DNA from: Candidatus Binatia bacterium
GTDB taxonomy: Bacteria; Desulfobacterota; Binatia; UBA9968; JAJDTQ01
NCBI GenBank assembly: GCA_963666515.2
Contig: OY762897.2
Coordinates: 4,032,001-4,096,000 of the forward strand
DNA length: 64,000 nucleotides
Reading direction: 5' to 3'
Positions 58,252 to 64,000 of the stretch are shown piece by piece; the first letter of the stretch is position 1, and every line of letters starts with the position of its first letter. The notes beneath the pieces were generated by a model, which saw nothing but the letters and a program-made list of their open reading frames with translations, was not told the origin of the DNA and did not search any database. The position numbers and the translations under genes are program-made.

Positions 58252-59225
58252 ATGGGTAACCAGCAAGCACCGGGCAAGGCTTACAGAGAGGGGCTTTCGG
58301 TATTCGAGTTGTTCGAGATGTCCCGGACGAAGCGGCCTGTCGCTGGTTCGAGGGTGCCCGGTAGGCAGCTGGCCGGTACTGCGGGCACTGCGGTTCCGAG
58401 GACACCCACGAGGCTCCCAATGAGAAGCCTATGCCCTACCGCTGCCGGACTGCCGCAAGTACTTCAGCGTCAAGGTCGGAACGCCTATGGAATCCAGCAA
58501 GCTCCCGCTCCGCAAGTGGGTGGTCGCCGTGTACCTGATGACCACGGACCTGAAGGGCGTTTCCTCGATGAAGATGCACCGCGACTTGAAGGTCTCGCAG
58601 CCTACCGCGTGGTTCATGATTCACCGCATCCGCGAAGCATGGAACATGGACGGCGGTAAGCCTTTCCTGGGTTCGGTGGAAGTGGACGAGACCTACATGG
58701 GCGGCAAAGAGCGGAACAAGCACAACTCCAAGAAGCTCAAGGCCCGCGGGCCGGTCGGCAAGGCTGCGGCGGTGGGGATGAGGGACCGGGACAGCAACAC
58801 GGTCAGCGCGGCCGTCGTGAACAGCACGGACCGCCAGACCCTCCAGGGCGTCGTGCCATACCAGACGGCCCCGAGGGCACGGGTCTTTACCGACGAACAC
58901 GGGCCTACCGGAGTCTCCCGAATCACCAGACCGTCAAGCGCAGCGTGGGCGAGTACGTGGACGGCATGGCGCTCACACCAACGGCATCGAGTCCTTCTGG
59001 TCGTTGCTCAAGCGCGGCTACAAGGGCACCTACCACAAGATATGCGCCAAGCATCTTCAGCGCTACGTCAACGAGTTCGCCGGGCGGCACAACGTCCGGT
59101 CTAGGGACACCCTGGAGCAGATGCGCGCCGTCGCCTGCGGGTTCACCGGGAAGCCGTTGCGGCTCCAGGACCTGATCGCCAGCCCGGACAAGGACGTGCC
59201 CGTCGCGGGTAGCGGCGTGTTCTGA
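58252..59225 (+). pseudogene. IS1595 family transposase, multiply frameshifted
   Basis: Pieces lie in different frames: APGKAYREG..., zinc ribbon CGHCGS...YRC/DCRKYFS, VEVDETYMGG, VFTDE, HTNGIESFWSLLKRG and HLQRYVNEF...LRLQDLI. At least four frameshifts. Confidence 0.9.
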
Positions 59226-59546
59226 TAAACCTAAACCAGGGAAGGAAGGCTCCAATGGGTGAAACACAGGACTGTATCCGAAATCGTGGAATGTCCGGCG
59301 GGAGTTGATCAACAGCATCCTAGACCACGGCAACACACTAGTTGAATCTCTCAAGCGGGTACCGGAGACGCGGAGCGAGTTGACGCCTGAACGATGGAAG
59401 GGTATCTTCTCGGAAGAATTGAGGAAAGCGATGGCCCGCTACGGCAACGGTGAACCCCTACTTTCCGAGTAGGAACTGGTCACCCCGCCTGCATCACCAA
59501 CCCCGGCTGCGGTCGGTGATAATCCCCCAACATAGATGAGGCTTGC

Positions 59547-59900
59547 ATGGAATGGCTCTCAGAACTTCCTTCCTGGATATGGATCCTGACTTCTCTCCTC
59601 ACTAGCGGATGGATAGCATGTAAAGTTTCCCTTAAGGGGAGCTTCGAGGGAGAAGATCTAGCCTTCATTGTTTACTGGCTAGGGTTGGTCGCAATCATAA
59701 TCGTTCCGCAAATATGGCGGGATCCTCCCAGGATTGTTGTGATCGCTCCTGTTGCTATGGAGAAAGCAGAAGAGGAGCGCATCCGGATGCAATGCATGAT
59801 GGAAGCAATGGACCGGACCGCCACTGAAGGGGGCCCGGTGCTCCTTCGCTACAACCAAGCCTGCCTTGTGCAACATGGCTTTGTCTTGAAAGAGCGGTAG
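59547..59900 (+). CDS. Small membrane protein, passenger of the IS1595 element
   Basis: 117 aa with two hydrophobic segments and a C-terminal Cys pair. GAGG RBS. Confidence 0.6.
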   Translation: MEWLSELPSWIWILTSLLTSGWIACKVSLKGSFEGEDLAFIVYWLGLVAIIIVPQIWRDPPRIVVIAPVAMEKAEEERIRMQCMMEAMDRTATEGGPVLLRYNQACLVQHGFVLKER

Positions 59901-60031
59901 CGGCTGCGACTTCAGGACCTGACCGAACTGCTAATCCGGCAAGGCCACGGCCGTCCCTATGACGGCGGACGACGGCGGGGGTGGTGCTTCTGACCTTTGA
60001 CCTGACGGGCCGCTGGTGGTAGTGTGGCGTG

Positions 60032-60184
60032 ATGCCTACGAAGCCCGCCAAGAGACCGAAGCCCGAACACCGCCCGATGCCGGAGGATCCGCGCGTGCTG
60101 GCACGGGCGATGTTCCGGGCGGCTGATAGGAAGATCAACAAAGAGCGGGCAGCGGAGGAGAAGCCCGCTGCCCAAGAGGGCTAG
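60032..60184 (+). CDS. 50-aa basic ORF near the right end of the IS1595 element
   Basis: MPTKPAKRPKPEHRPMPEDPRVLARAMFRAADRKINKERAAEEKPAAQEG*, directly after a TTGACC-N17-TAGTGT promoter-like sequence. Confidence 0.5.
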   Translation: MPTKPAKRPKPEHRPMPEDPRVLARAMFRAADRKINKERAAEEKPAAQEG

Positions 60185-60221
60185 GTTCGCCCCTCTAATC
60201 TACCGGCGCAAATCAGTGCCA

Positions 60222-61001
60222 TCAACTGTTCTTTATAATTCCCCAATTGGCAGTTGTGTAGACCCATACATGCTTTCCGTTTACCTCTTCCTTTTTGCGC
60301 TTGAGGCGACTGTCCCGAACCGCTTTCAGAAGGTACTTTGGAAGGCTCGTCTGTTTGACAATAATGCCACGCTCATGAAAGCGCTCCTCCAGTTGACCCA
60401 GGGTCCTTCCAACGTCGAAGAAACCGTCGGTCAGGACTTCATCGAAGACGGCTCCGGGGCGGTGACCTGGTTGTGTTGAACCCTTCGCACTCCTTGTTGG
60501 CGTTTGCTTGAGTTCCGACTCACCGTTCAGGTCTGTCGTGGTTTCGGCATGAGAATCGTTTGGATTCTTCTTGTTAGATCGCTTCTTGTGACTGGTGCTT
60601 TTTTTTGAGGGGTTCGAAACGCTGTCCTTTCGGCCAAGTTCCAGCCTGATCGCATCCAGGGCCGAAGGACGGATTGTGTATTTCCCCGATCTCGCTGTCA
60701 GAAGATTTCGGTCTTTCAGGTCCTTCAGCACCGGCCGTAGGCTACCGCCTTGTATCCCCAGCAACTCTTCCATACGCGAAGGTGCCACCTCTACGTCAAT
60801 TGCTTCGTCCAGGACAAATTGCCAACCTTGCTGGGCGACGAGGAAGATTAGTATCTTCGCCCTGCTCGAAAGCATTGTTGCGTTTGGCGTAAAGACGGTT
60901 TCGCGCTCGTCAGTGTCGTAGCGGACGTAATCGGAGATGATCGACTCAATTGCGTCCTCGGTCAGCTTAGCTTTCTGTGCGACGAGATCTTTCAATGCCA
61001 T
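60222..61001 (-). CDS. Hypothetical protein with two winged-helix-like domains and a Lys/Ser-rich linker; the last 7 residues come from the IS end
   Basis: 259 aa from ATG 61001. ELLGIQGGSLRPVLKDLKDRNLL...GKYTI and GFFDVGRTLGQL...TSLPKYLLKAVR...VWVY are wHTH-like patterns. Confidence 0.75.
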   Translation of the reverse strand: MALKDLVAQKAKLTEDAIESIISDYVRYDTDERETVFTPNATMLSSRAKILIFLVAQQGWQFVLDEAIDVEVAPSRMEELLGIQGGSLRPVLKDLKDRNLLTARSGKYTIRPSALDAIRLELGRKDSVSNPSKKSTSHKKRSNKKNPNDSHAETTTDLNGESELKQTPTRSAKGSTQPGHRPGAVFDEVLTDGFFDVGRTLGQLEERFHERGIIVKQTSLPKYLLKAVRDSRLKRKKEEVNGKHVWVYTTANWGIIKNS

Positions 61002-61026
61002 AGGAATAGACCTTTCTGTATGGATA

Positions 61027-61066
61027 ACACGAATACACGAATACACGAATATCTGTGCCTTGTCAA
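61027..61066 (-). promoter_or_regulatory. Sigma70-like promoter overlapped by three tandem 8-bp direct repeats
   Basis: Minus strand reads TTGACA (61066-61061) then ATTCGTGT x3 (61050-61027), covering the expected -10 position. Confidence 0.6.
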
Positions 61067-61243
61067 CTGGGGCCCAGGTCAGAGTAGGAAGGAAAGGATG
61101 TAGTCATCTTCGCATTCATATTGGGGAGGCTGACTCGCAGACGGTACCATGTTGGGTTTGCCTTTCATACGGGAGTGGTGTTCGAGGTACCTGGCCCAGC
61201 ACAGGTTGCTCGGTATCGCGGATCACCGCGTCTCCGTGGGGCA

Positions 61244-62335
61244 CTAATCCATTGTCCTCCAGCTTAACCTGGCCTTCAGGCCGTTCAGGTGCGTCCAGGG
61301 AAGAAGCCGTCGGTGCTGAAGCATGCCGACCACGATACCCGGGGCAATCCCCTGCTCATCGGCAAATTCCCGAACGGCCACTTCACTGAACAGCAGTGCG
61401 GCAATGAATTGCTCCCACGGACGTTGAGGGATCAGGATGTTGGATGCCCACTCATTCGCCTCTGCTTCCAACCCCGCGTCTTCTCCATAAACCTCGTCAA
61501 CAAAAATTTGTCTCTTGCTGTGAAGAAGAATATGCGCCGCTTCATGGAAGAAGCTAAACCATAAATGGTCATCGGACTTGTGGCGCGCACTTAGCTGAAT
61601 AACGGCCTTCCTTGGCGTGAGCCATTTGGCTGCACCGCTAACGGCGGTCTTTGGCAGTGGAGGTACTAGCGCAAGGGCAACGCCCGCCTCATTGCATAGC
61701 CTTTCAACCTGTTGCAGAGCCTCGCCCGTCGGCTCCCGCGTCAGCCCGCGGATACTCCGAACCGCATACCTAAACCGGCGTTCGTTGTATTCCGCACAAT
61801 GCTGGCGTTCGGCTTCGAGTTCACCGAGCCGAAGCCAAGTGACCAATGCCACCTTGTCGCTCTTGAAGCTTGGGGAGTGCCGAAAGGCGACGTTCGCGAG
61901 ACCATAGCGTCCGGTCCATGCGGCGATTGAACCGACGCCGAAGAACGCGAGTAACTTCGATACTGTATCGGTATCGGAGTCCGGGCGTTGGAAACAATCT
62001 CGCTTGACCAACTCCCGGACCGGAAAGGCCTTGGCCCAGTCCACCGCCGCAGCCGCGTCCTTGGCCTCAGCCTCCCGAGCCCTGCGAAGTTGATAGTCGG
62101 ACTCGATCCCAAGCCAGATGCTGGCATCAACGCCAAGCACCTTCTCGAACTGGAGTGCCGTTTCCGGTTCGAGCGGTGCCTTACCTGCGATGATCTCGCT
62201 GATCAGCTTGGGGGAGCGTCCGCACCTGCGTGCGAACTGGGCGTGCGAAATTCCTTGGACTTCCAGGCGCTCCTCAAGGAGCCATCCTGGCGGAACCGCA
62301 TAGTCCGGCTTGTATTGGTTGGTCGCCGTCGCCAT
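61244..62335 (-). CDS. higA: HigA-like HTH antitoxin fused to an ImmA/IrrE-type metallopeptidase domain
   Basis: VPPGWLL, HTH (SHAQFARRCGRSPKLISEII), WLGIE and C-terminal WFSFFHEAAH (HExxH) ... EAEANEWA. Confidence 0.88.
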   Translation of the reverse strand: MATATNQYKPDYAVPPGWLLEERLEVQGISHAQFARRCGRSPKLISEIIAGKAPLEPETALQFEKVLGVDASIWLGIESDYQLRRAREAEAKDAAAAVDWAKAFPVRELVKRDCFQRPDSDTDTVSKLLAFFGVGSIAAWTGRYGLANVAFRHSPSFKSDKVALVTWLRLGELEAERQHCAEYNERRFRYAVRSIRGLTREPTGEALQQVERLCNEAGVALALVPPLPKTAVSGAAKWLTPRKAVIQLSARHKSDDHLWFSFFHEAAHILLHSKRQIFVDEVYGEDAGLEAEANEWASNILIPQRPWEQFIAALLFSEVAVREFADEQGIAPGIVVGMLQHRRLLPWTHLNGLKARLSWRTMD

Positions 62336-62347
62336 GTGTCTCCTCCC

Positions 62348-62683
62348 TTAGTGATAGTCGATCACGTCCAAGATCGTGATCGCGGTGACTTGTTGCGTGT
62401 CGATCCCTCCTTCGTCCTTACAAGGAGGTGGCTGGTGACTGGGTTCGAAAACGAGCCGATGGGGGTGAACGAGATCCACTGCGAATTGCCCCTCCCGAGC
62501 GCCGCTGAGCTGATGTCGTCTCTCCGGTCTGGTAGACGGTACCAAGGCCAGATTGCGGGCGGTCTTGAGAACCGCCATCCGCATCATGATGACCTTGGCC
62601 ATCTGCGCCCCATAGGTCTTCCGGAGCGCAGCCACCGTGTTGAAGGTCCTTTCGAGTTTGCGGGTACGGAAAGCGATGTCCAT
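62348..62683 (-). CDS. higB: HigB-like (RelE-fold, 'killer protein') toxin
   Basis: RRHQLSGAREGQFAVDLVHPHRLVF and C-terminal VIDYH. Confidence 0.88.
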   Translation of the reverse strand: MDIAFRTRKLERTFNTVAALRKTYGAQMAKVIMMRMAVLKTARNLALVPSTRPERRHQLSGAREGQFAVDLVHPHRLVFEPSHQPPPCKDEGGIDTQQVTAITILDVIDYH

Positions 62684-62738
62684 TGACGTGACTCGGTAAC
62701 GTTACGCAATAGGTAACGTTTTTAGGAGCTGACGTCAA
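62683..62738 (-). promoter_or_regulatory. Putative higBA promoter/operator
   Basis: Palindrome GTAACGTTAC (62696-62705), direct repeat GGTAACGTT (62695-62703 and 62712-62720), and minus-strand TTGACG at 62738-62733. Confidence 0.55.
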
Positions 62739-62777
62739 GTGGAGGAGACAGGAACGCGCAGGGAGCGGCAGTGACCG

Positions 62778-64000
62778 TCATCCTCGACCTGTCCGCTCAA
62801 ACCCATACGCTGCGCGATAAATCGTAATCTCGTCGAAGTGACGCCCCACCAGCATCATCCCCACCGGCCGGCCATCCTCGGTGGCGCCGCACGGCAGGGT
62901 GATGGCAGGGTGGCCGGTGACGTCGAAGGGGCCGGTGTTGGCCAGCATTTCGCTGGAGCGCCGGGAGCGCTCGGCGGCACCGGCGTCGGCAGCGGGCAGG
63001 GGAGTGGCGGCCATGGGCGTGGTGGGCATGAGCAGCAGGTCGTATTCGGAGAGGACCTCGTCGTAGGCCCGGCGTATGGTGCGGCGCAGGTGCTGCGCCT
63101 TGACGTAGTAGCGGCCGGGGTGGCGGCTGCGCACGAATCCGCCGAACAGGATCAGCGTCATCAGGCTTTCAGGAAGTTCACGCCAGCGCCGTCGCCAGGC
63201 GGCGAGTTGCTCGGCCGGGCCCGATGAGCCGAGACCTTCGGCGTCGTTCATGGCGCCGCAATAGCCCATGGAGTGGGCGAGGCTCTCCACGTAGATGGGT
63301 TGGGCCAGCAGCAAGGCCTGTTTGTGAACGGGCACCGAGACCTCCTCGATGTGGAGCCCTGCGCCGGCCAGACGCTCGGCCGCGGCTCGCACCCGCTCAT
63401 CCACTTCGGTTTCGGCGTTTCGCTGTCCGAAGCCCTCCTTCACCACCGCTACACGTAAGCCTTTGGCGCCGGCCCTGCGCGCCCTGGTGTATTTGACCGG
63501 TTGCCAGGAGCTTGGCTGGCGCGGGTCCATGCCGTCGCGTCCGGCGAGAACCTCCAGCAGCAGGGCGTTGGTCTCCACGTCCGGCGTCATGGGGCCGCAG
63601 TGGTCCAAGGTCGGGTCCACGCCCAGTATGCCGGTGTAGGGGACGAGCCCGTGGCTGGGCTTGAGCCCCACGATGCCGCACCAGGCCGCGGGCACCCGGA
63701 TGGAACCGGCCTGGTCGCAGCCCAGGGCCATGTCGGCGTCGCCCGAGGCCACGGCCACGGCGCTGCCGGACGACGAGCCGCCCGCGGAGTAGCCGGCCTT
63801 GTGCGGGTTGACGACCGGCCCGTTGGCGCAGGTATGGCTCCCGCCGGAAAGGGAGAGGTACTCGCAGTTGGTCTTGCCGATGATCTCGGCGCCGGCGTGG
63901 AGTGCCCGGGTGACCACGGTGGCGTCGACGTCGGGCACGTAGCCCTCCAGGAACGAGGCGCCGTTCATCGTCGGCAGTCCGGCCACGCAGATGGGGTCCT
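62778..64000 (-). CDS. Amidase signature family protein (5' end beyond the window)
   Basis: GKTNCE, GGSSSGS, GCDQAGSIRVPAAWCG and GLKPSHG. Confidence 0.93.
   Translation of the reverse strand, partial: DPICVAGLPTMNGASFLEGYVPDVDATVVTRALHAGAEIIGKTNCEYLSLSGGSHTCANGPVVNPHKAGYSAGGSSSGSAVAVASGDADMALGCDQAGSIRVPAAWCGIVGLKPSHGLVPYTGILGVDPTLDHCGPMTPDVETNALLLEVLAGRDGMDPRQPSSWQPVKYTRARRAGAKGLRVAVVKEGFGQRNAETEVDERVRAAAERLAGAGLHIEEVSVPVHKQALLLAQPIYVESLAHSMGYCGAMNDAEGLGSSGPAEQLAAWRRRWRELPESLMTLILFGGFVRSRHPGRYYVKAQHLRRTIRRAYDEVLSEYDLLLMPTTPMAATPLPAADAGAAERSRRSSEMLANTGPFDVTGHPAITLPCGATEDGRPVGMMLVGRHFDEITIYRAAYGFERTGRG

Larger units (their letters stand above)
56510..60243 (+). mobile_element. IS1595-family element with passenger ORFs, interrupted by an IS1380 element
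   Basis: 8-bp target duplication CAATTGGC at 56502-56509 and 60244-60251. Rebuilt IRL GGGAATTATAAAGAATACTTGA versus IRR (reverse complement of 60222-60243) GGGAATTATAAAGAACAGTTGA, 20/22 identical. Confidence 0.92.

Noticed and set aside
58252-59225. Programmed frameshifting in the IS1595 transposase
   Set aside because: There are at least four scattered frameshifts and no slippery motif. Decay is more likely, though sequencing error is not excluded.

Overview
A 64 kb stretch of a high-GC bacterial chromosome, densely coding. It contains no rRNA, tRNA or CRISPR array that I can see. Main blocks: (1) catabolic and housekeeping genes (amidohydrolases, dienelactone hydrolase, accB/accC, a TctC-type binding protein, glycerate kinase); (2) a selA-selB-selD operon in which SelD is itself a selenoprotein (in-frame UGA at codon 15 plus a SECIS-like hairpin, missed by the ORF track); (3) a four-gene lipid-carrier glycosylation module (SMR flippase-like, epimerase, UbiA-type phosphoribosyltransferase, GT-C); (4) pstSCAB with five phased Pho-box-like repeats; (5) a roughly 16 kb phthalate-type aromatic-acid catabolic cluster with an ABC transporter interrupted by a DUF1007/RcnA-like pair; (6) a more AT-rich island at about 55.4-62.7 kb. 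The most notable structure is in that island. An IS1595-family element with passenger genes (56510-60243, 8-bp target duplication CAATTGGC) carries an IS1380 element (56522-58186, 4-bp duplication TAAA) inside its left inverted repeat. The composite sits exactly at the stop codon of the first gene of a two-gene operon. Removing both elements in silico rebuilds an uncharacterised 'tandem winged-helix protein + wHTH-HEPN (RxxxxH) protein' operon with its own triple-repeat operator, downstream of a HigB/HigA-metallopeptidase pair. This is a candidate undescribed toxin-antitoxin or anti-phage system. Several toxin-antitoxin modules elsewhere appear to have lost the toxin. All family assignments come from motif recognition by eye, not from database searches.
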